DNA of 64,000 nucleotides from Macrostomum lignano (GCA_002269645.1 NIVC01001387.1:190136-254135), one strand, 5' to 3'; shown: positions 1-14,399, numbered from the stretch's first letter. Made by a program: numbers and translations. Notes: generated by a model from the sequence alone, not told the origin.

Positions 1-87
1 TACTCATGCTAAGATATACAAATTATTCATATAAAGCTTAGCAACTTATCATTGCTTCTATAGTAAAATATTAAAATTAATTAAGAG

Positions 88-1023
88 CTGGTTGTGAACA
101 TTCTGATGTAATAATTAAAATTCTGGGGGTGATTGTGATACTCTAGAGAGATTGTGAACATTCTGAAGTGACTGTGAATATTCTTGAATGATTATGAACA
201 TTATGAAGTGACTGTGAACATTCTGTAGAAATTTTGTGCACTCTGAAGTGACTGTGAACATTCTGTAGTGATTGTGAACATTCTGGAGTGATTGTGAACA
301 TTCTGAAGTGATTGTGAACATTCTGGAGTGATTGTGAACATTTTGAAGTGATTGTGAACATTCTGGAGTGATTGTGAACATTTTGGAGTGATTGTGAACA
401 TTCTGGAGTGATTGTGAACATTCTGGAGTGATTGTGAACATTCTGGAGTGATTGTGAACATTCTGGAGTGATTGTAAACATTCTGGAGTGATTGTGAACA
501 TTCTGGAGTGACTGTGTACATTCTGGAGTGACTGTGAACATTCTGGAGTGATTGTGAACATTCTGGAGTGACTGTGAACATTCTGAAGTTACTGTGAACA
601 TTCTGGGGTGGTTGTGAACATTCTGAAGTGACTGTGAACATTCTGAAGTGATTGTGAACATTCTGGAGTGATTGTGAACATTATGGAGTGATTGTGAACA
701 TTCTGGAGTGATTGTGAACATTCTGGAGTGACTGTGTACATTCTGGAGTGATTGTGAACATTCTGGAGTGATTGTGAACATTCTGGAGTGACTGTGAACA
801 TTCTGAAGTGACTGTGAACATTCTGGAGTGGTTGTGAACATTCTGAAGTGACTGTGAACATTCTGGAGTGATTGTGAACATTATGAAGTGACTGTGAACA
901 TTCTGGAGTGGTTGTGAACATTCTGAAGTGACTGTGAACATTCTGGAGTGATTGTGAACATTATGAAGTGACTGTGAACATTCTGAAGTGATTGTGAACA
1001 TTCTGGAGTGATTGTGAACATTT
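88..1023. repeat. Minisatellite, 20-bp unit GTGATTGTGAACATTCTGGA, about 46 copies
   Basis: Tandem unit read directly; the ORFs 115-1001 (-) are translations of it. Confidence 0.95.
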
Positions 1024-1432
1024 TGACAGACGTTAATTTAATGTTGGTGAAACATTGCGACGCTGATGAATGTTCATTTCATGATGAATGTTCAATTTAA
1101 GCTTGCCAGTTGCCATGTACGCGAAGTATTTTAAGCAGGTAGCTAAAAAATTCCAAGGAGAACAGCGGCCATGTGCGGTGCGCTTAAGCAGTGTTAGACC
1201 AGGAAGTATCGCTCACAGTGGATCACAGATCATCTGTCAAAACAGAGCAGCCCAGATGTGTCAATCAGCTGGGCTCTTCATTAATCAAGAAGCACAGAAG
1301 CATTAGAGAGCCACATTGAGACAATCGTTAAAAAGATGCAGCGCTTGATTTTTAAGTTTCGTCTCCCGTATTGACATTTGCCGTTGCTAAACTTTTAGGC
1401 CAGGTTTTACAAGACCCCTAAATTTCACAGTT

Positions 1433-1882
1433 CTGATGGAGTCGTAGGTCCGATGAAGTTTAGGTCCGATGAAGTTTAGGTCTGATGAAGTTTAGGTCTG
1501 ATGAAGTTTAGGTCTGATGGAGTTTAGGTTTTCTGGAGTTTAGGTTTGATGGAGTTTAGGTTTTCTGGAGTTTAGGTTTGATGAAGTTTAGGTCTGATGA
1601 AGTTTAGGCCTGATGAAGTTTAGGTCTGATGAAGTTTAGGTCTGATGAAGTTTAGGTCTGATCAAGTTTAGGTCTGATGAAGTTTAGGTCTGATGAAGTT
1701 TAGGTCTGATGAAGTTTAGGTCTGATGAAGTTTAGGTCTGATGAAGTTTAGATCTGATGAAGTTTAGGTCTGATGAAGTTTATGTCTGATGAAGTTTAGG
1801 TCCGATGAAGTTTAGGTCTGATGAAGTTTAGGTCCGATGAAGTTTAGGTCTGATGAAGTTTAGGTCCGATGAAGTTTACGTC
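1433..1882. repeat. Minisatellite, 16-bp unit GATGAAGTTTAGGTCT
   Basis: Tandem unit read directly. Confidence 0.95.
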
Positions 1883-2379
1883 TTAATGAAAGTGGGTGTT
1901 TAATGCTTTCAGTCCATAAGAAATTTAGGTCCTGTGAAATCGACCTACTTTTAGACCGCCAATTCACATACGGACAGAGCGGAACTTTGTATCAAATCTT
2001 GTGGCGGCGACGACAAGGGGATTTTTTGGGGACACTTTTCCCCTAGGTTTTTCGCGATTTTTCCTTTAGATTTTACTCGCATACTTTCTCTCTCTACAAT
2101 TGTAACCATCCAGTCAGTTCTCGGGCTATACATCCATTTTTCACCTTGTTATGCCAGATGGAGGACAGGGAGGCTGCAGATGACGTGCCTTTGCATCAGC
2201 TTATCAGATAGCTACATCAGGTTGGGGGGGGGGGGGCAGCGCTGGGGTGAGAGTCAGACAAATAATTGAGAGCTTTTAATAAAATGGTTTCACTCCAAGG
2301 GTAGCAGAAGCCATTTAAGCTCTAGAGATGGAGATTAAGTTGGGGGTGGGAGTTAGGGATTTAAAAATGGAGCCGATAG

Positions 2380-2665
2380 GTGAGACTCAGAGAATACTTG
2401 GCGAGATTCAGTGAAGCATATTTGAGATTCTGAGAATAGTGGGTGAGACTTTGAGAATTCTGGATGAGATTCTGAGAATACTGAGTGAGATTCTAAGAAT
2501 ACTGGTTGAGATTCAGAGAATACTTGGCGAGATTCTAAGAACACTGGGTAAGATCCTGAGAATAGTGGGTGAGATTTTGAGAATACTGAGTGAGATTCTG
2601 AGAATAGTGGGTGAGATTCTGAGAGTACTAGGTGAGACTCTGTGAGATTCCGAGCATTAACCTAG
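2380..2665. repeat. Degenerate tandem repeat (about 21 bp, GGTGAGATTCTGAGAATA core)
   Basis: Recurrent GAGATTCTGAGAATA motif. Confidence 0.8.
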
Positions 2666-2984
2666 AATGAGATTCAGAGCATATTCTCAAGCCTTTGACG
2701 CTACAAACAACTCATTTTTAGTATATTGGATTAGCAACCTTACTCAGCCGGCAGCCAAATGCATCGCAAAGCGGGTGTTCGCACGCCAAAATTCATCGAT
2801 GAGTCGATCTTGTTTCTATCAAAATGGTTGCATCTGACTTTCTCCTTTTTTAAGCCCTTTCTCCTCTCCACCCTCTGCCTTCATCTCCTTCTCCGCCTGA
2901 CTTCTCTTCGTCTACCTTCCTTTCTTTTTGCTCTACATCTCTCTCACCCCCTCACTTTCCCTCTCCCTTTACCTCTTAATCATT

Positions 2985-3270
2985 CCCTACTCACTTCCTA
3001 CTCAATCTTTATTCATTCTATACTCAATGCCTACTCATTCCCTACTCACTCCCGACTCACTGCCTACTCACTCCCTACTACTCACTCCCGACTTACTCCC
3101 TACTCACTCCCTACTCACTGCCTACTCACTCCCTACTCACTCCCGACTCACTCCCTACTCACCCTCTACTTACTCTACTCACTCCCAACTCACTCCCGAC
3201 TCACTGCCTGCTCATTCCCTACTCACTCCCGACTCACTGCCTACTCACTGCCTACTCACTCCCGACTCAC
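2985..3270. repeat. Degenerate CT-rich repeat (CTACTCACTCC-type)
   Basis: Recurrent CCTACTCACTC / CCGACTCACT motifs. Confidence 0.8.
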
Positions 3271-3829
3271 ATGCCATTCACATATCCATGCCAAAACATA
3301 ACTAACACACATGCCCAAATAATTGTACTTAATAAGACGGCCAAAAAAAATCGACAAATTATGCCAACAACTGTCGCCATATCGAGATGTTCCCAAAGAC
3401 CAGTCTGTCAGTAGAAGGCCTATTATAAATTCATTTCAATAATTTTTTTGGATAGCAAAACCACGCACGATACACTTGTTCTAAATTATTCGCAGGATAA
3501 GCTTCATCATCATCAAATTCTATAGCTGATATTTTTGTGCAATTTTTTGTTTTAATTTTGCACACGCTACGGCTTGGGTAGGCTTCATAAGGCCGAAACT
3601 TCACAATGTCGAAGCACTAAACTCCCCCAAGACCGAAAATTTATATTTATGAAATTTATGAAAGATGGGTTTAGAAAAGTTTTGACAGTAAAATAAGATA
3701 AATTAAAATTATTAATGATATAGTCCTAACTACGAGCTAAGTTTTTCGTAAGTTTTTACTGTTATCATTGATTTACTATTTTATTTCTATTGTTATTTTG
3801 AAAGATTCAGTGATCTCTCGGTCACCATT

Positions 3830-4567
3830 GGGATGAGATGAGACACGATCGGGATGAGATGAGATGAGATCGGGTTGAGATGAGACACGATCAGGATGAG
3901 ATGAGACACGACCTGAATGAGATAAGACTTGGTGAGATGAGATGAGACACGATCTGGATAAGATAAGACTCGGTGAGATGAGATGAGACACCGATCTGGA
4001 TGAGATAAGACTCGGTGAGATGAGATGAGACACCATCTGGATGAGATAAGACTCGGTGAGATGAGATGAGACACCGATCTGGATGAGATAAGACTTGGTG
4101 AGATGAGATGAGACACGATCTGGATAAGATAAGACTCGGTGAGATGAGATGAGACACGATCTGGATGAGATAAGACTCGGTGGGATGAGATGAGACACGA
4201 TCTGGATGAGATAAGACTCGGTGGGATGAGATGAGACACGATCTGGATGAGATAAGACTCGGTGGGATGAGATGAGACACCATCTGGATGAGATAAGACT
4301 CGGTGGGATGAGATGAGACACGATCTGGATGAGATAAGACTCGGTGGGATGAGATGAGACACGATCTGGATGAGATAAGACTCGGTGGGATGAGATGAGA
4401 CACGATCTGGATGAGATAAGACTCGGTGGGATGAGATGAGACACGATCTGGATGAGATAAGACTCGGTGGGATGAGATGAGACACCATCTGGATGAGATA
4501 AGACTCGGTGGGATGAGATGAGACACCATCTGGATGAGATAAGACTCGGTGGGATGAGATGAGACAC
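3830..4567. repeat. Minisatellite, 41-bp unit GGATGAGATGAGACACGATCTGGATGAGATAAGACTCGGTG
   Basis: Head-to-tail units with no spacers. Confidence 0.95.
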
Positions 4568-5254
4568 GGGTAGAAAGCAGTCAAGCGTATATCAATCAAA
4601 GCCAGTCACTGCCCAGCAACTGTAAATCGCTAGGCAAACGCGGCACAGCGCAAAAAAACACAAAAGTTATTATCAGCTATAGATCGGTGTCAAATGCACT
4701 GCGGTGGCAGCCCATCTGGGATGGACAAGAAGTCTGCTGCGTTGGCAGGCATATGGGGGTCCGCAGCCCTAAGCGCTTGGCGAGATTGCGTGAGAGAAGA
4801 GGAGGCGGGTCGGGAACCCTCCTGCTGCAAGACGCATGATGAACGACCATCCGTGACCACAACAGCCAAAGCGATCAGCTGTAGCAGCTAATGCTATCCC
4901 TCACATTGATTTCACTGTAAGCTTTGTAGCGATCCCGGTGCCCCTCCCCCACACACACGCGTTTTGCCGCTCCTGTCACCCCTGGCCCAATAGTAATGCA
5001 TCTGTGCAAAAGAAATCTTGTGTATCTATATGCAAGCTATAAGTTGGAATTCCTTCTGTAGAACAGAAAAAAATGACTTTTAGTTGAATACTGATGTCTC
5101 TCTATACAATGTAGGTAGGTAGGTAGGTAGGGTTAGGGAAGCAAAATTGACAGATTACCATATAGATATAGACTTAAGGGTTTGTGTCTGTAGGTCTGTA
5201 GCTACGCAGAGTTTAAAACCATGACAAAATTGTTATGCAGTACAGATAAGAGTA

Positions 5255-6285
5255 GATTCTGAAAGATTCTGAAAGATTCTGAAATATTCTGAAAGATTCT
5301 GAAAGATTCTGAAAGATTCTGAAATATTCTGAAAGATTCTGAAAGATTCTGAAAGATTCTGAAAGATTCTGAAAGATTCTGAAAGATTCTGAAAGATTCT
5401 GAAAGATTCTGAAATATTCTGAAAGATTCTGAAAGATTCTGAAAGATTCTGACAGATTCTGAAAGATTCTGACAGATTCTGAAAGATTCTGAAAGATTCT
5501 GAAAGATTCTGTAAGGCTACGAAAGATTCTGACAGATTCTGAAAAATTCTGAAAGATTCTGAAAGATTCTGAAAGATTCTGAAAGATTCTGAAAGATTTA
5601 TGAAAGATTCTGAAAGATTCTGAAATATTCTGAAAGATTCTGAAAGATTCTGAAAGATTCTGACAGACTCTGAAAGATTCTGAAAGATTCTGTAAGGCTA
5701 CGAAAGATTCTGACAGATTCTGAAAAATTCTGAAAGATTCTGAAAGATTCTGAAAGATTCTGAAAGATTCTGAAAGATTCTGAAAGATTCTGAAAGATTC
5801 TGAAAGATTCTGAAAGATTCTGAAAGATTCTGAAAGATTCTGAAAGATTCTGAAATATTCTGAAAGATTCTGAAATATTCTGAAATATTCTGAATATTCT
5901 GAAATATTCTGAAAGCTTCTGAAGGATTCTGAAAGATTCTGAAAGATTCTGAAAGATTCTGAAAGATTCTGAAAGATTCTGAAAGATTCTGAAAGATTCT
6001 GAAAGATTCTGAAAGATTCTGAAAGATTCTGAAAGATTCTGAAAGATCCTGAAATATTCTGAAAGATTCTGAAAGATTCTGAAAGATTCTGAAAGATTCT
6101 GAAAGATTCTGAAAGATTCTGAAAGATTCTGAAAGATTCTGAAAGATTCTGAAAGATTCTGAAAGATTCTGAAAGATTCTGAAAGATTCTGAAAGATTCT
6201 GAAAGATTCTGAAAGATTCTGAAAGATTCTGAAAGATTCTGAAAGATTCTGAAAGATTCTGAAAGATTCTGAAATGTTCTGCAAC
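5255..6285. repeat. Minisatellite, 10-bp unit GAAAGATTCT, about 100 copies
   Basis: Tandem unit read directly; the variant block GTAAGGCTAC occurs twice. Confidence 0.97.
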
Positions 6286-6942
6286 ATTTTGTAAACAATG
6301 AACCGAAAAAGCATTTGAAATAGAATTGCTGAGGTCATCGCAGCAGCAGCAGCAGTTGCGGTCAGTTAAAAAATATCTGCCGGGACGTCAGTCAGTGACC
6401 CAATAATCAAGATAAAGTCATACGAACCCAAAGTGTCAAAGTGCCAATCTGAACGCGCCTATAGTCATACACAGCGCAGTGACCATTGCATCTGCATAGT
6501 AAGTATTCGATTCTCTCTCTGGCCCCATTAATGAAACTTACTAATCCCTGTTATATAAGCCTTTTTCCTGCACCTCCATTCTCTATTCTATAGCTACCCT
6601 AAGATTCCCTATCCACCTTTATCCATGGCTACAGCAGAAGAAGTTCCACTTCATCCAGGTCGTCAGCTTATTCACCACGATCCCGCCCTCGCCAGTGAGT
6701 GGATTGCGCCAGCTGCCAACTGCCTCTTTTTTGTCCGAACTGCCCTCGGTGCCATCCGAGCGCACCCTGCGCGTACGGTTCCTCAGTTTCTTACCCAGGG
6801 AACCGAAGATATATGCATCATCTATTTTCCAACGGCTGTGAAGGAGGTGGAGAATTAAGGATAATACCCTAAATTAACTTCTTGGAAAATCGCGATTGTA
6901 TTTCCTGTCTTTTATCTGTTCTGACTGACTGCGTTGCTCCTC

Positions 6943-7822
6943 TCTGTGCCTCTATCCCTGTGTCTCTATCCCTGTGTCTCTATCCCTGTGTCTCTATCCC
7001 TGTGTCTCTATCCCTGTGTCTCTATCTCTGTGTCTCTATCTCTGTGTCTCTATCTCTGTGTCTCTATCCCTGTGTCTCTATCCCTGTGTCTCTATCCCTG
7101 TGCCTCTATCCCTGTGCCTCTATCCCTGTGTCTCTATCTCTGTGCCTCTATCCCTGTGCCTCTATCCCTGTGCCTCTATCCCTGTGTCTCTATCTCTGTG
7201 CCTCTATCCCTGTGCCTCTATCCCTGTGTCTCTATCTCTGTGTCTCTATCCCTGTGCCTCTATCCCTGTGTCTCTATCTCTGTGTCTCTATCTCTGTGTC
7301 TCTATCCCTGTGTCTCTATCTCTGTGCCTCTATCTCTGTGCCTCTATCCCTGTGCCTCTATCCCTGTGTCTCTATCTCTGTGCCTCTATCCCTGTGCCTC
7401 TATCCCTGTGCCTCTATCCCTGTGTCTCTATCTCTGTGCCTCTATCCCTGTGCCTCTATTCCTGTGTCTCTATCTCTGTGTCTCTATCCCTGTGTCTCTA
7501 TCTCTGTGCCTCTATCTCTGTGCCTCTATCCCTGTGCCTCTATCCCTGTGCCTCTATCCCTGTGCCTCTATCCCTGTGTCTCTATCTCTGTGCCTCTATC
7601 CCTGTGCCTCTATTCCTGTGTCTCTATCTCTGTTTCTCTATCCCTGTGCCTCTATCTCTGTGTCTCTATCTCTGTGTCTCTATCCCTGTGTCTCTATCTC
7701 TGTGTCTCTATCTCTGTGTCTCTATCCCTGTGCCTCTATCTCTGTGCCTCTATCCCTGTGCCTCTATCTCTGTGCCTCTATCCCTGTGCCTCTATCTCTG
7801 TGCCTCTACCCCTGTGTCTCTC
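6943..7822. repeat. Minisatellite, 14-bp unit TCTATC(C/T)CTGTG(T/C)C
   Basis: Tandem unit read directly. Confidence 0.95.
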
Positions 7823-8443
7823 CCTTTGCCTCCGTCCCAATATCCAAAAAGAATACAAACTACGCGTAAAGCAGCCGCTTATAAATTAACAAAACGTTTC
7901 CATTCCAAACAATCTGAAACTTCAAACCAAAAACCAAAGTTTCACTTGATAGTGCTGTGCAGTAAGATCGGGGGGGGGGTGGGTGCTATCCATATCCCTA
8001 GACTGCACTATTAGCCTTAGAAAATTGTTTTTTAAGAGGATAAAAAATTCTAAGGAGAAAGGCCAAGCGACGGTGGAGAGATAGCGAGGAAAGGGGTTCG
8101 GTAAGATCATAAAAGAGAATTATTCGAACAGGCCAAAGTATGAGGAAAGAAGACAAGCGGAAGATGCTAGCAGACACTGCAGCGGGAGGGGCAACAGCAG
8201 CAGAGGTAGCGAGGGTTTTGATACAAAGTGCAAATCGGTTCTAAGGCCGATGGACTTGCATGCTACACATGAAAAAATGGAATGCAAATTTGTGTGGCTT
8301 CTCCTAGCGTTTTATAGGCTCTATAAGAATATAGATTGATAATCAGGTTTGAGGAAGTTGGTAGTTGCCACTGTAAGCAAAGAGGCGGTTCTGTAGGTCA
8401 AATGCAAATGACTGGCTTTAGGTAGACTTTATGTACTGCCTCA

Positions 8444-9672
8444 GAGATGACATTGAGATTGAGATGATATGAGATTGAGGTGACATGAGATTGAGATGAC
8501 ATGAGATTGAGGTGACATGAGATTGAGATGATATGAGATTGAGGTGACATGAGATTGAGATGACATGAGATTGAGATGAAATGATATTGAGATGACATAA
8601 GATTGAGATGAAATGATATTGAGATAACATGAGATTGAGATGACATGAGATTGAGATGATGTTATGTATGCACTAAGGAGACGGAGTCATTCGGTTGTTG
8701 TCAGACGATTGCGAGAGTTTTGTACTCATATACTCGTATTTCAGAGCGCTCACGCCAAGCGTCTTCTAGGCCTCTTGGCTTTCTTTAAATTCTGCTCTGC
8801 TCTACTTTATAAAATAAACTTACTGTGGTGGTTCCCATGTGTCTATGGCCCTGAGCCCACACACAGGAGATGACATGAGACTGAGATGACATGAGATTGC
8901 GATAACATGAGATTGAGATGAAATGATATTGAGATGACATGAGATTGAGATGACATGAGATTGAGATGACATGAGATTGAGATGACATGAGATTGCGATA
9001 ACATGAGATTGAGATGACATGAGATTGAGATGACATGAGATTGAGATGACATGAGATTGAGGTGACATGAGATTGAGATAACATGAGATTGAGATGACAT
9101 GAGATTGAGATGACATGAGATTGAGATGACATGAGATTGAGGTGAGATGAGATTGAGATGACATGAGATTGAGATGAAATGAGATTAAAAAGAAATTAGA
9201 TTGAGATAACATGAGATTGAGATGACATGAGATTGAGATGACATGAGATTGAGATGAAATGATATTGAGATTAAATGATATTGAGATGACATGAGATTGA
9301 GATGACATGAGATAACATGAGATTGAGATAACATGAGATTGAGATAACATGAGATTGAGATGACATGAGATTGAGATGACATGAGATTGAGATGACATGA
9401 GATTGAGATGATATGAGATTGAGATGACATGAGATTGAGAAGAAATGAGATTGAGATGACATGAGATTGAGATGAAATGAGATTGAGAAGAAATTAGATT
9501 GAGATAACATGAGATTGAGATGACATGAGATTGAGATGATATGAGATTGAGATGACATGAGATTGAGATGATATGAGATTGACACGACATGAGATTGAGA
9601 TGACATGAGGTTGCGATGACATGAGGTTGAGATGACATGAGATTTTGAGATGACATGAGATTTTGAGATGAC
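8444..9672. repeat. Minisatellite, 16-bp unit GAGATTGAGATGACAT, interrupted by a unique segment of about 200 bp (8662-8866)
   Basis: The same unit occurs on both sides of the unique island. Confidence 0.93.
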
Positions 9673-10652
9673 AGTAAGTTGAGAAGTTGAAATAGAGCGC
9701 TATCGCAAAAGCCAAGGTCAAGCAAAATGCAGTGAGAGAGTGCTGGCTAGATAATCAATCTCACGATATCTGAAGGTCAAACCGCGGCTGCATGGATGCG
9801 CAGGGTCAGAGGTCAAAACAAAGCTCGAGCCCCGGAATTGCTGACTCAGGAACTGCTGATTCCGGAATTGATTGCAGGTTCATTTGGTGTGAAGCAACAG
9901 GCTTTCCTAGAAATCAGAGATGTTATCCAAAGTTGGGATCTGGCATAGCTGAAGCTAAAAAAAGAAGAAATATTATTGCAAAGCTCTTCTTTTGCGCCCG
10001 CGACTGGAGTGATATCATTTTAAGCTAACCAAAGGTATGGAAGAAATTATTTCTGTCTTCTAAAAGCAATCAATTGATCCCAGAGGGAAAAGAAAACCTT
10101 GTTGAAACCAATGAAGCGATATTTTGCACAGATAATGCTGCAAGGCAGGAACACAAAAATTTCATCCAACAATGAACGGGTAAGCTTTGCGTTTATTTTG
10201 AAATTTCAAACTGATCGAGCTTTTTGTTATTGTAGCATAAGAATTTCGGCGGCGAATTAAATTTGGAGTTTCTTGGAAATATTATATTAGTTTAAATAAA
10301 CAAAGCTCCACACGCCAGGTTTGGCCCAGTGATGAGTCATCGAGGGTTCATTCGTCACCAGAAATTAACTTTTAGCATTCCCATCAAAAATGCCGTTAAA
10401 ATTTATGGGCCTTTCCGTAAGATATAGGATTAAACACACATCCGAGAGATGTAAGATTGTGCGATGAGTAAAAATCCAGATTTTAGTTTGAATAGAGAAG
10501 TTTTATGACTTTATGACACCTTGTAATACATGAAGCTTAGAGGTGAAGGAATGTCAAAGCGAGTGCTGCACTGTTTGCCGCTTGGAATTTTTAAACAAAT
10601 GACGAGAAAAAATGGCGCTAAAAATTCATCTGTAGCTCCAAAAAGCAACAAA

Positions 10653-11416
10653 AGAATCGCCAAATATCAGATAAGAATCGCCAAATATCAGATAAGAATC
10701 GCCAAATATCAGATAAGAATCGCCAAATATTAGATAAGAATCGCCAAATATTAGATAAGAATCGCCAAATATCAGATAAGAATCGCCAAATATCAGATAA
10801 AAATCGCCAAATATCAGATAAGAATCGCCAAATATCAGATAAGAATCGCCAAATATCAGATAAGAATCGCCAAATATCAGATAAGAATCGCCAAATATCA
10901 GATAAGAATCGCCAAATATCAGATAAGAATCGCCAAATATCAGATAAGAATCGCCAAATATCAGATAAGAATCGCCAAATATCAGATAAGAATCGCCAAA
11001 TATCAGATAAGAATCGCCAAATATCAGATAAGAATCGCCAAATATCAGATAAGAATCGCCAAATATCAGATAAGAATCGCCAAATATCAGATAAGAATCG
11101 CCAAATATCAGATAAGAATCGCCAAATATCAGATAAGAATCGCCAAATATCAGATAAGAATCGCCAAATATCAGATAAGTATCGCCAAATATCAAATGAG
11201 AATCGCCAAATATCAGATAAGAGTCGCCAAATATCAGATAAGAATCGCCAAATATCAGATAAGAATCGCCAAATGTCAGATAAGAATCGCCAAATATCAA
11301 ATGAGAATCGCCAAATATCAGATAAGAATCGCTAATAATCAGATAAGAATCGCTAATAATCAGATAAGAATCGCCAAATATCAAATGAGAATCGCCAAAT
11401 ATCAGATAAAAATCCC
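10653..11416. repeat. Minisatellite, 21-bp unit AATCGCCAAATATCAGATAAG, about 36 copies
   Basis: Tandem unit read directly; ORFs on both strands follow from the unit length of 7 codons. Confidence 0.97.
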
Positions 11417-11474
11417 CCAAAAATCTTCGATAATCTTTGCTAAACTTAAATATAAACTGGGCAGGATGTTTCGA

Positions 11475-11770
11475 GGGGGGGGGGGTTTCACAAACTCGAA
11501 ATTTCACAACGTCGAATGCACCTTCTTTCATAAGGTCGAAATTTCATAACATCGAAAACTCAAATAGCAACCACTTTCACTCAGGTCGAAATTTCACAAC
11601 GTAGAAAACTATTGTATAGCTCTTGTTATATTAAATTTTCGACGTTGTGAAAGTGGCTGCCATTTGAGTTTTCTACGTTGTGAAATTTCGAACTTGTGAA
11701 ATTTCGACCTTATGAAGTCCTTTGCTAAAGGTTTCGATGTTGTGAAATTTCGACCTTGTGAAAGCACCCC
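11475..11770. mobile_element. Foldback/MITE-like non-autonomous DNA element with nested inverted sub-repeats
   Basis: Left end GGGG..TTTCACAAACTCGAAATTTCACAACGTCGAA matches the reverse complement of the right end TTTCGATGTTGTGAAATTTCGACCTTGTGAAAGCACCCC. An internal block of about 50 bp (..GAAAACTCAAATAGCAACCACTTTCAC) is also present inverted. No clear TSD. Confidence 0.65.
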
Positions 11771-12252
11771 GCTTCGAGCAACATAAATAAGATTGCCATT
11801 TAAGCAGGCTTAAAGCCCGCGTGTCTCACGCCAACCCCAAGGCTTGCGTAATTGAAGACTGCAACGACACTGCAGCCGCTAATTCGCTTCATCCCCTGCG
11901 CACAGAACTGCCAGCAGCCAGCTGAGATCCCCAGCTCTGCCCGAAGCAGATGCCTCTAGGAGCTGTTCCAAGATTGCATGGCAACTAGCCGGCTAGGAAA
12001 CCGAAAAGGGTAATAATAATTATTAGTCGGGCAGCTGCGGGGGCCGCCAATATTGCAGGTTTGGCGGCATCTCCAGCCGCTAGTAATAATTAATTATTTG
12101 TAGCCAGGGCCTTCTCTTCAGTCGCACCTTCGGGTTCACCTTGGGCAGCACCCGCCCCAATAAATGCATTCATGGGGAAACACTTGCCGCATGTTTTACC
12201 GCCTAACTAGAAAAGTTCATCGAGTAAATGCCTACAACTGACTGTGTTGACC

Positions 12253-13013
<761 letters not shown>

Positions 13014-14202
13014 TACCCTAACCCTAACCCAACTGATAGTGGAGCAGCGGCAAGCTGTCAGTTGTCATTAACAGCTGACAGAAATCCGTTACAATCCGTA
13101 GTCAGTTTCAAAAGCAGAAAAAAACTTGATGTGTACCCAATAGGTCGCATATCTTGGTGGCAGTAGAGTGCAAGCTATAAGTTCAGATAAGTCTTAAGTT
13201 TGAACTTCGCAAAAAATTCCATACATATTGCTGCCTGCCTAGTTTCAAATCCTCTAACGGCTTCACTCGGTTTCTCTGTAAATTCACCTCCTTAGTATCT
13301 ACGAGTATATTATTACGGCGTAGAAATTAATTTTTTGCACCACAAACGACGGACTGGAAGCGGGCTCTCACACGCACTGGCTCATGGCAAAATGCCAAAT
13401 TCTCATTCAACTCCAGCTATTTAATGATTAGTTTGCGCGTTCCGTCACGGTGCTATTTATTAGTCTGATTGACCCACAGTTTCAAAAGCGTTAGGTAATC
13501 TCTGTGTAGATAAAACCCTAACGGACGTCAAACCTACTCAAAAATCAATATTCGACCAAAACATCTGGCTAAGCAAATTGTCTAATCTCTAAAAAGTGCT
13601 TTTTTGCAAGCCTCTTCTCTCTGTCTGCTTTCTCGAGCATTGCTACATAATTTGATAATCGCGGTTCGCATCATTAGCTGCCCAGCATCCGTCAGTCAAC
13701 TGATCACAGATGCAGAAGCGCACATATAGAGAAAAAGACAACAGAAAATCTATATTACAGAAACACAGCGCGCAAACTTCAACCTGACAAGAGGCGATCT
13801 TCTGCATTGTGGGACATCCAATTTGGGGCGAAATTTCATTACTTTCGAACGGCCCGAGGGCTTCAGCGAGCCGATGTGGTGCATATGTTTGACCGAAAGG
13901 CACTGTACGAGTACAGTTGAGGTTTTTTTCGATTTCTACTTTCTCTTATAATTTTTTTTGCTTCAGCTTGAGCAGCGGAAATCAAAGGAAAAATCCAATG
14001 GTTTGTTTGGTTTGGCTCACTCGCTGCTCACTCGCTGCTCTTTCCTGAGGCCATTGGTAGGGACACTACTAGAGGAGATACAGAGGACCGTCAGTTGCTT
14101 CCCTCCCCTCTCTCAATTCCTCCTCTTTCTCACTTGCCACTCGGCATCTTTCTGTCTGTCGTGACCGGAATCGATGCTTGAATTGCGGATAGCAAGATAT
14201 AA

Positions 14203-14203
<1 letters not shown>

Positions 14204-14255
<52 letters not shown>
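14204..14255. repeat. (GA)n microsatellite
   Basis: Direct. Confidence 0.9.
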
Positions 14256-14399
14256 TAGAAATAAGGTAACGGGAACGAATAATCTTGTCACTGTGTTTGG
14301 GGTGCCTACGAGCGTATCTAGGAAACTCGAAGAGTGGTAAACACATTCAAATAGCATTTTTATCATCGTATATTAAATTGTTCTGATGTTGTGCGTTTG

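Noticed and set aside
1433-1882. Repeated CTGATGA as hammerhead cores or C/D boxes
   Set aside because: No GAAA box or stem structure follows; it is simply part of the 16-bp unit.
2158-2220. 63-nt AG..GT bounded exon candidate (and similar ones near 6640 and 20509)
   Set aside because: Splice-like signals exist but I could not link them into a coherent, recognisable protein.
9770-9945. Protein-like frame WMRRVRGQNKARAPELLTQELLIPELIAGSFGV...
   Set aside because: Short, ends in a stop, no recognisable motif or splice partners; could be a decayed element.
13015-13030. Telomeric CCCTAA repeats
   Set aside because: Fewer than 3 units; compatible with chance.
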